A stretch of 64,000 nt of DNA from an uncultured Spirochaetota bacterium (GCA_963783575.1 CAWAOD010000013.1:1-64000); one strand, 5' to 3'; positions 14,166 through 24,728 are shown, counted from the stretch's first letter. Translations and numbers: made by a program. The notes: generated by a model not told the origin, from the letters alone.

Positions 14166-15680
14166 TTAAAAGCTTAAATCCATTTCATTCGGGTTAATAT
14201 TTTTAATATCCGGCCATTCTATGGGATCATTTATATAGATGCAGTTTCCACCGCTTCTTTTTGATTGATAAAGTTTGTCATCTGTTTTTTGCAGCAAAAG
14301 CTTTGATACTCCATCAAAATATTCATATGGGACAGGACGTGCTATTTCGGATATTTCAAAATTTGCGATCCCAACGATTCCAATTCCGATACTGACATGA
14401 ATTGGAATTTGCTGTGAAGGCCCATCAACGTTTTTATCTTTCAAGAGTTCCAAAATTCTGTTCGAAACAAGTTCTGCTCCCTCGGCAGAAGTGAATGGGA
14501 GTAAAACAGCAAATTCATCACCTCCCAGCCTGCCGACAAAATCAGTATTCCGTGTTGCCTGTCTCAATACTTTACCTAATATTGTCAATGCCTGGTCGCC
14601 CATTAGATGTCTGGCTGCGTCATTAATTGCTTTTAGTCCATCCATATCAATCATCAGAAGACTTAGAGGATTTTTTGACCTGAAACAGATACGCAGTTCC
14701 CTGAGCAGCCATTGATTGAAAAACCTTCTTGCAAATACTCCCGTTAAAGGGTCAAGTGTAGCCATTTCATATAGCCGCGTATTTTGGATTGCAACAGCAG
14801 CCTGATTCGCGAAAATCTGAAGCAGTTCTATATCCTGTTTCTGTTTAATATTTTGATCCAGAAAAATAATACCAACAGGCTGGTCTCCGGCGCAAAGAGG
14901 AACGATTGTTGAATTTTCATTAATCTTAATTATTTTAGTTTTAAGGATTTCATGAAATTCATATAATTCGGATTGATTATGGAAAGAATCCAGATTTCTG
15001 TTTATTTTTTTCTGAGATGAATATCGTCCGGTTGCAGCCCTGATTATAAAATTTTTTTCTTCCTCAATTATTGCCAGATAACCATCCGATCGTCGTGCTT
15101 CTTTATTAATGTTTTCGGGTATAACGGCTAAAAATGAATTGACTGTTCCTAATAGACCTGAGATTTGCAGAAGAATTCCCTGGAGCAGTTCTTCAAGGGG
15201 CTGTATTTTATGTAAATCCGGCGTAACATCGAGTATGAAGCGCAGTCCCTGGCGGCTTTTATATAAAAGCTGAACCGTATAAGCCGCTTTAAGTCCGACG
15301 TCAACCCACATCAGAAGTTTATCGGGGCCGTCGGATTTGTCATGATATCCCTGGATATCAAGACGCTGAAGCATTTCCCGCGGAGGGTAATCACCCGAGT
15401 AGCCGGTTTGAAGAATAATCTGGATATAAGGATTGAATGTTCGGAGATTTTTGACCACATCCTCGCCTGTAATTCCGCCAGGCATATAATAATCAAGCAG
15501 CAAAAGATCGAAATGTTTTTCTTTTAGGAGCTTTAATCCTTCTTCCCCGCTAGTGGCCGTAGTTATGTTATGCCCTTCACGTTCCAGTAGAGGTTTTGTT
15601 GTTATTATATAATCTTCCTGATCATCAATCAGAAGAATGTACTTTCCAGTTTCTGGCTTGCTTAAACGCAATCTCGGCAT
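14166..15680 (-). CDS. response regulator diguanylate cyclase (REC-GAF-GGDEF)
   Basis: LLIDDQ/LLDYYMPG receiver, IFANQAAVAIQN GAF end, DPLTG..GRLGGDEF. Confidence 0.92.
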   Translation of the reverse strand: MPRLRLSKPETGKYILLIDDQEDYIITTKPLLEREGHNITTATSGEEGLKLLKEKHFDLLLLDYYMPGGITGEDVVKNLRTFNPYIQIILQTGYSGDYPPREMLQRLDIQGYHDKSDGPDKLLMWVDVGLKAAYTVQLLYKSRQGLRFILDVTPDLHKIQPLEELLQGILLQISGLLGTVNSFLAVIPENINKEARRSDGYLAIIEEEKNFIIRAATGRYSSQKKINRNLDSFHNQSELYEFHEILKTKIIKINENSTIVPLCAGDQPVGIIFLDQNIKQKQDIELLQIFANQAAVAIQNTRLYEMATLDPLTGVFARRFFNQWLLRELRICFRSKNPLSLLMIDMDGLKAINDAARHLMGDQALTILGKVLRQATRNTDFVGRLGGDEFAVLLPFTSAEGAELVSNRILELLKDKNVDGPSQQIPIHVSIGIGIVGIANFEISEIARPVPYEYFDGVSKLLLQKTDDKLYQSKRSGGNCIYINDPIEWPDIKNINPNEMDLSF

Positions 15681-15916
15681 AATAAAAATCTCCCTTTAAT
15701 TTTATAAGATAATATTAATTATGCTATTTGTCCAAAATATTCTTTTAAAGTTAAATATAATAATAAATTTCGGAAATAATGTAAAAAAATCCATTAATTA
15801 CATGGAATATTTATGAAACCTGAATTTTATTGACTTAACGTCAAGATGAATTAAAATATGACCGGTTTGAAAATTTCATCCCATATTTAGAAATATTTGT
15901 TTAAAGGAGGAATCTT

Positions 15917-16186
15917 TTGAAAATTAAAGTAGAGAAACCTGCAGAAGATTTTTTGAATAATCTGGGAATTAAAAAATGGCCTGTATGGACAAAAGAGAAG
16001 AGCCGGTTTAACTGGGTATATGACACTAAGGAGATTTGTTATATTCTTGAAGGGAAAGTAAAGGTAATAGCTAAAGATGGTGAAACCGTAGAATTCGGAA
16101 AAGGCGATCTGGTTACTTTCCCGAAAGGGCTTGAATGTATCTGGGAAATACAGGAAAATGTGAAAAAACATTACAGGTTTGAATAA
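15917..16186 (+). CDS. cupin-domain protein (DUF861-like)
   Basis: WPVW..EICYILEG..GDLVTFPKG..W..KHY; TTG start after AGGAGG. Confidence 0.85.
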   Translation: MKIKVEKPAEDFLNNLGIKKWPVWTKEKSRFNWVYDTKEICYILEGKVKVIAKDGETVEFGKGDLVTFPKGLECIWEIQENVKKHYRFE

Positions 16187-16202
16187 AAGTATCCATTATC
16201 TT

Positions 16203-17113
16203 TTAATTATTAGCCCTGATTTTATTAATATCGTTATTATCCTTTAATGCTCTATTTCTTATAGAATTTATCATTTCAAATTCTGAAATATTTTTCCAGT
16301 TATCTATGTCTTTGCTATAAGAATAAATAATACCTCTTGAAGAAGAAATTATAGCGCCGTTTCCATTTTTATCAAAATATACTTTCAAATCTTCAGCTTT
16401 TCCGCCTTGAAAACCCAAGCCCGGGACAAGAAAAATAGAATAAGGTAATAATCCTCTAATTTCTTTAGCAATATCCGGATAAGTTGCAGCAACAACAAAA
16501 CCGATGAAAGAATAATTTTTATCCCCCAATGTATTTTTAGTCAATTCCAAAAAAGTTCCTGCCATTTTTTGATAAACCATTCGGCTGTCATTTAATTTTA
16601 AATTCTGTATTTCATTAGATGACGGATTTGAAGTTTTTAACAGAAGGAATAATCCTTTATTATTTTCTTTTGCAACTTCAATGAACGGATTGTATCCATC
16701 TGAGCCTAAAAATGGATTAACAGTAACCATATCGGCAGAAATTGGGCTTTTACCAAGATGTGCTTTTGCATAGGCTAAAGAAACCGAATCTATATCCCCT
16801 CTTTTGCATCATTTATGACTAATAAACCTTTTGATTTTGCATATTGAATTGTTTTTTCAAGCGCTCTGACACCATAGCTTCCAAAAAGTTCATAGTAAGC
16901 CAATTGGGGTTTGACAGCCAGGGCGAAATCATAAACACAATCAATCACAAGCTTATTGAAGTAAATAATAACATTTTCAATTTCCCGGTAAGAATCGTTT
17001 TTAATGTTTTTAGTTAAAAAATATGGGAAATAACTTAAATCAGGATCAAGCCCAACTACAAGAACACTGTTTTTTTCTTTGCTTACTTTAATCAAATGAT
17101 CTGCAAAATTCAT
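16203..17113 (-). CDS. pyrF: orotidine-5'-phosphate decarboxylase, split by a 1-nt frameshift
   Basis: VGLDP, KPQLAYYE, DAK(R)GDI restored by one extra A in the run at 16802-16805, VNPFLG, KTSNP, LVPG.G.QGG, SSSRGI. Confidence 0.9.
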
Positions 17114-17126
17114 TTAATACCATCCT

Positions 17127-17862
17127 TTATAAATAATGCACTTCGCTTTTAAAAATATTTTCATCAAGCTCAATCAATCTCCAGCCGGGCTGTATGCTTT
17201 CAATTTTCATGAAATTAACCGAATTATCAAGTTGAAAGAAAGTCGAAGGCGTTAAAAATATTTTCTTATCTTCTATGGCGATAACTTTGTCCGTATGATA
17301 ATGGCCGCAGAATATCCTGTTTATATTTTTACATTTTCCAAGATATTCCATTACTTTTTTCCGGTTTTTCAGAGGATATTTACTGTCCATATACCTGCAG
17401 CCGCAAATAGTGGGAGGATGATGGATGAATAATATTATCTCATTGTTGATTTTGTTGCATTCACTCACCAGCCATTCAAGCTGGATAAAAAGGTACATAT
17501 GCCCTGGAACTGTCCAGGCATATCAGGTGATATCCCGATATTTCCTTATGATAAAATAAAAAACCGTTATGAAGATCTTTTTTTAAATGAAAAACTTCTG
17601 CCAGCTCGGTTGTTATATCATGATTTCCTGGCATAATTAGATAATCAATTCCGCGATTATCAAGCTGTTTTTTTATCCAGTCATAATCCTTATCATTTTC
17701 TTTATATGCCAAGTCGCCCGTAAGAACTATCAAATCTGATTTTTGCATATCTTTTGCATTTAAAACCCTAAAAAAGTTCTGCCGGGTAAAAACTCCTTTT
17801 ACAGGAAAGTCTTTCTTATTAATATGCATATCGCTGATTTGAGCTATTCTTAATGAACCCAT
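17127..17862 (-). CDS. metallophosphoesterase (CpdA/Icc-like), split by a 1-nt frameshift
   Basis: ISDMH, TGDL, PGNHD, then HHPP and CGHYH; removing one T near 17487-17491 joins the halves. Confidence 0.85.
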
Positions 17863-17887
17863 TTTTTACTTCTAATAATATTTTTAG

Positions 17888-18373
17888 CTACAATGCTATT
17901 TCATCTGCCGAAAATTTATCCAGAAATTCTTTTATAACTGGCCTGTCTGTCGGATTTATATTTTGCGGTAAATTTTCAACATCAAAAAATTTAACATCTT
18001 CGCTTTCTTCTGGGTTGGGACTTATTTCGCCGCTATAATCTGTTACAATATATACAGCTATGACATAATAAACTTCATCTTTATTCGGGTAAAGGAAATG
18101 CTGGTTTTCTCCTGAAAATAAACTGAAAAATTTCGGATTATTTATAATAATCCCGGTTTCCTCAAGAACCTCTCTTCTAGCTGTTTCTTCGAGTGTTTCT
18201 CCCAATTCCATAGCTCCTCCGGGAATTCCCCAGAAATGGTTGTCCGCTCGAAGCTGAAGCATGACCTGCCTGTTGTCATTTATTATAAGCACTCCTGCGG
18301 CACACAGCATAATCGGGGCATGCCCGACGCATTTACGAATCATTTTAACATAATCGGATTTTTTTTCTTCCAT
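17888..18373 (-). CDS. NUDIX hydrolase
   Basis: Nudix box GGAMELGETLEETARREVLEETG. Confidence 0.93.
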   Translation of the reverse strand: MEEKKSDYVKMIRKCVGHAPIMLCAAGVLIINDNRQVMLQLRADNHFWGIPGGAMELGETLEETARREVLEETGIIINNPKFFSLFSGENQHFLYPNKDEVYYVIAVYIVTDYSGEISPNPEESEDVKFFDVENLPQNINPTDRPVIKEFLDKFSADEIAL

Positions 18374-18927
18374 TTATAATTCCTGCCTGTAAATTCTCAA
18401 TTTATCATTATAATCATTGGTTTTATCAAACCCGCAGGTTTTCAATTCCGGGCAGAATCCACGGTAAACACATTCGGGGACGCAAACCTGAAAATACTCG
18501 GTTCATGTTCTTTGAGTGCCCCAAGAAATTTCTGCCAGGCTTCTATTGTTTCAACGGAGGCCTGCCTGCATAGCCTTTTTCTGGAAATATTTATGATGGC
18601 CTGGGCATTGGCTATGCATTCATGAGATACAAGGGAAGACTGCGGTTTTACTTCACGGTCTGTTCCCTTTCTGTCTGTTCTCTGGGTACTGACAAAATGT
18701 TCAATGCCGATTTTATGCCGGACGAAATGGACGCTGACCCAGTATTTTAAATCAGTCCATTTCCAGCGGAATATTAAAAGTCTGACCGGTGAATGTTCGG
18801 CCAGAAGTATCCTTTTTTTCCAATGGGGTGAGGGTTCTTTTGACCCTTCTTCAAGGCCTTCGGTCGTCCGGGCGGCATCGGCGGCCTCCCTCCAGGTGCT
18901 TTTTGATTTGAAAAACGCAATTTTCAT
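18374..18927 (-). CDS. divergent ThyX-like protein, frameshifted near 18495
   Basis: AEHSP..VHFVRHK..STQR..RKRLC; alternate frame gives CVPECVYRGFCPELKTCG..* ending at 18374. Confidence 0.7.
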
Positions 18928-18952
18928 TTGATGCTTTCTCCGGAAAATAAAA

Positions 18953-20456
18953 TTAAATTGTTACAACCTTTATCATATTGGTACTACCGGGTCTCTCCTA
19001 TCGGGATTCCTGCGGTAATTACCACATGATCGCCTTCGTTGACCATTTCCTTGAATTTGAGCACCTCGGCTGCCCCTTCAAGAATGTCATCGATTGTAGC
19101 GGCATTGCCAAGTTCTATCGGTGTAACTCCCCAGATTAAAGCCATCCTGCGGATGGCTGATTGAACCGGGCTTATTGCGACTATCGGCATAACCGGCCTG
19201 TATTTTGATATTTTCCGTGCGGTTCCCCCGCTGTGAGTATAAGTTACGATATATTTTGCGCCGATCTTAGCTGCCAGTTCAACAGTGGCAAAGCTGACGG
19301 CTTCTTCAACATTTTCTCCTGTAAGTCTTAGCAACTCCTCATAATTGAGATTTTTTCTGAAAACGGTTTTCATAAAAATATCGCTGGATTCAACCTGAAT
19401 TGCTATATCATTCATTATTTTTACCGATTCAACCGGGTACTTACCTGAAGCGGTCTCACCGGAAAGCATTATCGCATCTGTACCATCCAGAATGGCGTTG
19501 GCGACGTCATTAGCCTCAGCCCTTGTGGGGCGTGGATTATTGATCATCGAGTCGAGCATCTGTGTTGCTGTTATGACCGGTTTTCCCAAAATATTGCATT
19601 TGCTGATTATCTCTTTTTGCATTATTGGAACTTCCTGAGGGGATGTTTCGACTCCAAGATCACCCCGTGCCACCATTATTGCATCAGAAACTTTTATAAT
19701 ATTGTCAATGTCTATGTAAGCTTCCGGTTTTTCTATCTTGGCTATAATGGGAATTTTTCTGTCGTATTCTTTTAGCATAATTTCAATAAGTTCCAATATA
19801 TCCGTAGAATTCCTCACAAAAGAAAGAGCTACATAATCAAGGTTATTGTCAAACGCAAACTTCAGATCGGAACGGTCTTTTTCAGTTATTGCCGAAATTT
19901 TGAGTTTTACATTCGGGAGGTTTACACCTTTTCTGGGTTTTAATTGCCCTCCATGAATTACTTTTGTTATAATATCCTGCCCCCGGATTCTATCAACCTT
20001 TAATTCAAGAAGCCCGTCATCAAGGAGTATCCTGTCTCCGGGCATAGCTTCATTGTGAAGGTTTTTATAATCAATCGGCACCTTCTTAATAAGCATAACC
20101 TGTCTGGCACTAGGCAGGCCGCTTAATCCAGGTGTATTATCAGGAGAAATGCCGCCGGTTATATCCTCTGTTGTTAATATTAATTCTTCACCGTCAATGA
20201 GTTCTATAAAATCCGAGTCAAGCCTGCCTATTCGTATTTTAGGGCCCTGTAAATCCTGAAATATAGCTATCGGCTTATCAAGTTCATTTGAAATCTGTCT
20301 GACAATATTTACGGAATTAAGATGATCCTTAAAGCTTCCATGAGAAAAATTCAGACGGGCAACATTTACACCCTCAATTATCAATTCCCTGATAACTTTT
20401 TCATTATTAGAGCTTGGCCCCAGTGTAGCTACGATTTTAGTAAATTTTCCATTCAT
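18953..20456 (-). CDS. pyk: pyruvate kinase (frameshift in last codons)
   Basis: TKIVATLGP, RLNFSHG, DLQGPKIR, AKIEK, MVARGDLGVE, ATQML, MLSGETA; alternate frame gives the conserved end PGSTNMIKV. Confidence 0.95.
20099..20118. repeat. short palindromic element within pyk coding sequence
   Basis: CCTGTCTGGCACTAGGCAGG; encodes LPSARQ in an apparent insertion. Confidence 0.55.
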
Positions 20457-20549
20457 TATAAACCTCATTATCATTTTTAATAGTTTAAGGGATAGTAACC
20501 CAAATGTCAAAAGTCAATAAAAGGCTTATTAAAATTATTTATCTTTTCA

Positions 20550-20578
20550 TTGACTTATTCCAACTTCATATCTATACT
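20550..20578 (+). promoter_or_regulatory. sigma70 promoter for radical SAM gene
   Basis: TTGACT-17 nt-TATACT. Confidence 0.6.
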
Positions 20579-20798
20579 TTTATAAATGATATTAAATGCA
20601 CTTCGGAATAATCCAATCTTTTCATTTCGTTTTATTTATTGAAATAAAAAAGTGATTGATTTTGAGCATGTGGATTTATTGTAAATCTTCATGTTATTAC
20701 TCTCAAGAATTATCCGGAATTGAATCGGAATCTCTTAGAGATATGTTTATATTATAATATTATTTTTAATAAAATATAATAAATAAAAAGGGGTTTTT

Positions 20799-22796
20799 AT
20801 GAGGAAAATATTAATGGTTTATCCGGATTTGCCGGATACTTACTGGGGTTTTAAATATAGCCTGAGGTTTATCGGGAAAAAATCAGGATATCCGCCGCTA
20901 GGTTTATTAACGGTTGCAGCTTTGATGCCTGATGGGTATGAAATCAAATTGATCGATATGAATGTGGAAAAATTGAATGATAAAGACATCAAAGAAGCGG
21001 ATATGATTTTTATTTCCGCAATGATTGTTCAGAACGAGTCAATGAAAAAAGTGATTGACAGATGCAGAGTATTCGGGAAAATAATTGTTGCCGGCGGGCC
21101 ATATCCGACAAATTCTTATAAAAGCATTGAAGGAGTGGATCATTTTGTTCTAAATGAAGCCGAAATCACACTGCCGTTATTTTTAAAGGATTTTGAGAAT
21201 GGCACCGCTGAGAAAATATATACTTCTGACATAAAGCCTGACATTACAAAGACGCCTGTGCCGAGATTTGACCTTGTCGATATGAGAAAATACTCCGCAA
21301 TGATCCTCCAATATTCAAGGGGCTGTCCTTTTACCTGTGAATTTTGCGATATAATCGAACTGTTCGGACGTGTTCCCAGGACAAAACTGCCGGGACAATT
21401 TCTTACCGAGCTTGAAAAAATTTATAATACCGGGCACAGGGGTTCGGTTTTTATTGTTGATGATAATTTTATAGGCAATAAATCTCATGTAAAAATTCTT
21501 TTAAAAGAAGTAATTAAATGGCAAAAAGAACGCCGCTTCCCGTTTTTCTTTTATACAGAGGCAAGCATTAATCTGTCTTCGGATGAGGAATTGATGGATT
21601 TGATGGTTGAAGCCGGCTTTAACATGGTTTTTGTCGGGATTGAGACGCCTGTTGAAGAATCTCTTGTTTTGACAAAGAAAAGTCAAAATACAAAAATTGA
21701 GTTGCTGGAAAGCGTCCGTACTATTCAGAATAAAGGCTTGGAAGTATCTGCCGGTTTTATTATCGGGTTTGATAATGATCCTGTAAATATATTCGAGTTG
21801 CAGTCTAAATTTATAAGGGAATCCGGAATCTCAATGGCAATGGTCGGTCTGTTGACAGCACTGCCGAAAACCCAATTGTTCAAACGGCTGGAAGCAGAGA
21901 ATAGAATTTTAAATGAATCATCGGGGAACAACACTTTTGACCTTCAGGTAAATTTTGTTCCGAAGATGTCTCCTGATTTAATGATAGAGGGCTATAAGAA
22001 AGTAATTTCGGAAATTTACACACCTGAGGAGTATTTCAAACGTTGCAGATTATTGATCAATAATCTGCCCAATAATTATAGGTTTGGACCGGATACCCCA
22101 AGTGTTTCAGAACTGGCAAGGGGCGGGATGGCTTTTATTGTTTCATTATTTAAGCAGACATTTTCAGGTTATGGTCAGCATTACCTGGGATTTTTAGGTT
22201 ATGTAGTTCTTCATAAAATAAGGCTATTTCCAAAAGCCGTGCAATTAGCTATTCTTGGATATCATTTTATTAAAATGACCGGTTTACAGATTTCCAGTAA
22301 AAATGAAGAATTAATCCGCTTTAAATATTTTCTTGAAAGAACTCTTGATAATCTTCATAAGCGGATCGCTGCGGTTCAAAATCTCAATCTAAAGGATATT
22401 TTCAGTGATTTGATAATCCTTCGTAAAAAAATTCTTCCCGAAGTGCAAAAAAGGTATTTACAGGTATGGAAATTTTCAAATCATGCCGTAGAAAGCTATT
22501 TCAGGAGATTGGCGGACAGGTCCGGTCAGTATCTTGAAAAAGCCAGTACAATATTGAAGGCCAGAATCGAGAAATTCGATATTACAGGCCTTCAAAATGC
22601 CTTACTGGCTTTAATGAAATACAAAATAGAAGTACTGTCTGAGATTCAAAATAAATACGGTGATTTAAATAAAAATATAAGGGACTATTCGAAGGAAATG
22701 ATTGAGAAAATCGATATGATCCTGAATAACCTGGTATCTGAGATTGAAAGATTGATCTACCAAAAAGCCAAGGAATCGAACTGGAATCATGCTTAA
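20799..22796 (+). CDS. B12-binding radical SAM protein (DUF4070 type) with extra helical C-terminus
   Basis: PPLGLLTVAA, SRGCPFTCEFCDI (CxxxCxxC), VDDNFIG, FVGIET, GFIIGFD. Confidence 0.9.
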   Translation: MRKILMVYPDLPDTYWGFKYSLRFIGKKSGYPPLGLLTVAALMPDGYEIKLIDMNVEKLNDKDIKEADMIFISAMIVQNESMKKVIDRCRVFGKIIVAGGPYPTNSYKSIEGVDHFVLNEAEITLPLFLKDFENGTAEKIYTSDIKPDITKTPVPRFDLVDMRKYSAMILQYSRGCPFTCEFCDIIELFGRVPRTKLPGQFLTELEKIYNTGHRGSVFIVDDNFIGNKSHVKILLKEVIKWQKERRFPFFFYTEASINLSSDEELMDLMVEAGFNMVFVGIETPVEESLVLTKKSQNTKIELLESVRTIQNKGLEVSAGFIIGFDNDPVNIFELQSKFIRESGISMAMVGLLTALPKTQLFKRLEAENRILNESSGNNTFDLQVNFVPKMSPDLMIEGYKKVISEIYTPEEYFKRCRLLINNLPNNYRFGPDTPSVSELARGGMAFIVSLFKQTFSGYGQHYLGFLGYVVLHKIRLFPKAVQLAILGYHFIKMTGLQISSKNEELIRFKYFLERTLDNLHKRIAAVQNLNLKDIFSDLIILRKKILPEVQKRYLQVWKFSNHAVESYFRRLADRSGQYLEKASTILKARIEKFDITGLQNALLALMKYKIEVLSEIQNKYGDLNKNIRDYSKEMIEKIDMILNNLVSEIERLIYQKAKESNWNHA

Positions 22797-22797
22797 T

Positions 22798-22830
22798 AAA
22801 AAAGGGAAGGGCACTAGCCCTTCCCTTTTT
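22798..22830. terminator. bidirectional rho-independent terminator
   Basis: AAAAAAGGGAAGGGC-acta-GCCCTTCCCTTTTT between convergent genes. Confidence 0.85.
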
Positions 22831-22856
22831 GTTAATATTAATGCTTTTTAATTTGT

Positions 22857-23807
22857 TTATTTCCCACCGCTATTGGTTGTTGGAATAGTTTTATCCTGCT
22901 GGCTCTGCATTCTGTATTTTTCCTGCTGATAAAGATAAAGGTTTTCCGAAAGATTTTTATTTTCTAATTCCATTCTGTATTTACTTTTCGAAGTAATGAT
23001 TCCCCAGACTTCTTCATCCTTTATATCCTGGGTTACATCGGAATCAACAATATAAGGAGTATATTCCATTTCTATGGATTTTACATAAGTAATAAAATCA
23101 CCGCCTAGCTGGTCAGCCGGTCTGTAAATAACTATCGAATCAAGAACCATATAAGGGATTGAATAAGGATAGAGAGGTTCTCTTGTTAAGGTCTTAGCGG
23201 CAATCTGGTCTGTAAAATTCGGGTTATTGAATACCAGTTTTCTCCATCCGTCAAAATAAAGCCATCCCATAAAGAACTCATGGATTTCTTCATTCCTGTC
23301 TTTCAAGCGGATGGCAATACCGTAATTATAATTTTTTCCGCTGACCCAAAGTGATATTGATTTAACTTCCGAAACGTTCGGCATGACTCCGTTTCCGGAA
23401 TTTGCATAAAGGCCGTTTTCATCATATATTTTTATAGGGAAAGGTGGTTTTATAAGAGCATAAGTATTATTGTTCCAGTTTGGGAAATGAACTCTTACTC
23501 CAAGTACCGTACCGAAACGCTGGCTTGTTACCGGTTTACTATAACTAAACACGCGGTTTTTAATATCGTTTGCGGAAGAATTCAATTCCACTCTCCAGTT
23601 TTCAAGCAGATAGTCTGTATAACCCAGAACTACCTTCGGCGTTCCGTCAATATTTGTAAGATAGCTTTCTGCCGGTGTAGGATACTGGCTTTTTATATTT
23701 TGATCATAATTAGAGAAGTCGATCAATGTCCTCTGTAAGACTGCATTACCGCTTATGACAAACAAAAATATAAATAATCCAACAGCGACGACTTTTTTAC
23801 ATTTCAT
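22857..23807 (-). CDS. flaA: flagellar filament outer layer (sheath) protein FlaA
   Basis: signal peptide, LIDF, WRVELNSSA, VLGVRVHFP, VKSISLWVSG.NY, L.FDGWRKL..NP, REPLYP, GDFITY: spirochaete FlaA pattern. Confidence 0.85.
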   Translation of the reverse strand: MKCKKVVAVGLFIFLFVISGNAVLQRTLIDFSNYDQNIKSQYPTPAESYLTNIDGTPKVVLGYTDYLLENWRVELNSSANDIKNRVFSYSKPVTSQRFGTVLGVRVHFPNWNNNTYALIKPPFPIKIYDENGLYANSGNGVMPNVSEVKSISLWVSGKNYNYGIAIRLKDRNEEIHEFFMGWLYFDGWRKLVFNNPNFTDQIAAKTLTREPLYPYSIPYMVLDSIVIYRPADQLGGDFITYVKSIEMEYTPYIVDSDVTQDIKDEEVWGIITSKSKYRMELENKNLSENLYLYQQEKYRMQSQQDKTIPTTNSGGK

Positions 23808-23822
23808 ATTCCCACTCCTTGA

Positions 23823-23864
23823 TATTTATAAAATAAATTTTATTTATAAAATAAATTTTATTTA
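23823..23864. repeat. 18-bp AT-rich tandem repeat upstream of flaA
   Basis: TATTTATAAAATAAATTT x2.3. Confidence 0.75.
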
Positions 23865-23890
23865 AAATAAATGATAAAATATTATTCATT

Positions 23891-23917
23891 AAATCGGCAG
23901 TTTTTGAAATACCATTA
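23891..23917 (-). promoter_or_regulatory. possible sigma28 (FliA) promoter for flaA
   Basis: minus strand TAAT-15 nt-GCCGATTT versus consensus TAAA-15-GCCGATAA. Confidence 0.4.
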
Positions 23918-24194
23918 TCTTTTTTAAATAAAATTAATGAAAATTTGGCTTAAACCATATTATTCTTTAAAATATTATTCTCAATAATTTTTCCGGCTTG
24001 AATTATATTTATATAAATCCTATATTGAGTAATTTTTTATATTAAACATAGTTTATTAAACAACTTATCAAATACTACTTTTAAGTTTTTACTTTATACT
24101 TTCTTCTGATACAATGTATAGGTTTATTAGATTATTAGATAAATATTTGATAAGAATCGTTGTTTAAGTAAATATAAAATAAAGGAGACAATTA

Positions 24195-24728
24195 ATGGCT
24201 GTTCTTGAAGTGATGACTTATGGCGCGCCAGTTCTTAGAAAAGAGGCTGAGGAAGTTACTGAAGTTAATGACGAAATAAAATTATTAATCAAAGATCTTG
24301 AAGATACACTTGCCCAGCAGGATGGCATAGGATTGGCAGCTCCGCAGGTAGGTGTACCTAAAAAGTTATGCTTCATTGATCTGACAAAGGCCAAGGGGGA
24401 AAGAAAAATAGTTTTATTAAATCCAAAAATCATATATCAATCTCATGAAGAGACAATTTATGAAGAAGGTTGTCTTTCAGTACCCGGTGTCTGGGGGAAT
24501 GTGTCCCGTCCTAAGACCGTTAAAGTGAAAGGTATTCTGCCATCAGGAAAAAGTTTAATTATTGAGGCTGATGATATGTTTGCAAGAGTTCTGCAGCATG
24601 AAATGGATCATCTTGAGGGGAAGCTCTTTATAGACTATATATCCAAAGAAGACAGGGATAAAAATTTAGAAAAGATCCATGCGATTATAGAACAGAGCAG
24701 AAAAAAGCTTGGTAAGGTCAATTTATGA
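24195..24728 (+). CDS. def: peptide deformylase
   Basis: GIGLAAPQVG, EGCLS, QHEMDHL. Confidence 0.97.
   Translation: MAVLEVMTYGAPVLRKEAEEVTEVNDEIKLLIKDLEDTLAQQDGIGLAAPQVGVPKKLCFIDLTKAKGERKIVLLNPKIIYQSHEETIYEEGCLSVPGVWGNVSRPKTVKVKGILPSGKSLIIEADDMFARVLQHEMDHLEGKLFIDYISKEDRDKNLEKIHAIIEQSRKKLGKVNL

Noticed and set aside
14600..14630. GGDEF domain variant NDAARH instead of NDxxGH
   Set aside because: A single substitution in an error-prone assembly; the GGDEF motif itself is intact.
16790..16810. Programmed ribosomal frameshift in pyrF
   Set aside because: The run is short, no stimulatory structure is evident, and neighbouring genes have similar indels, so error is more parsimonious.
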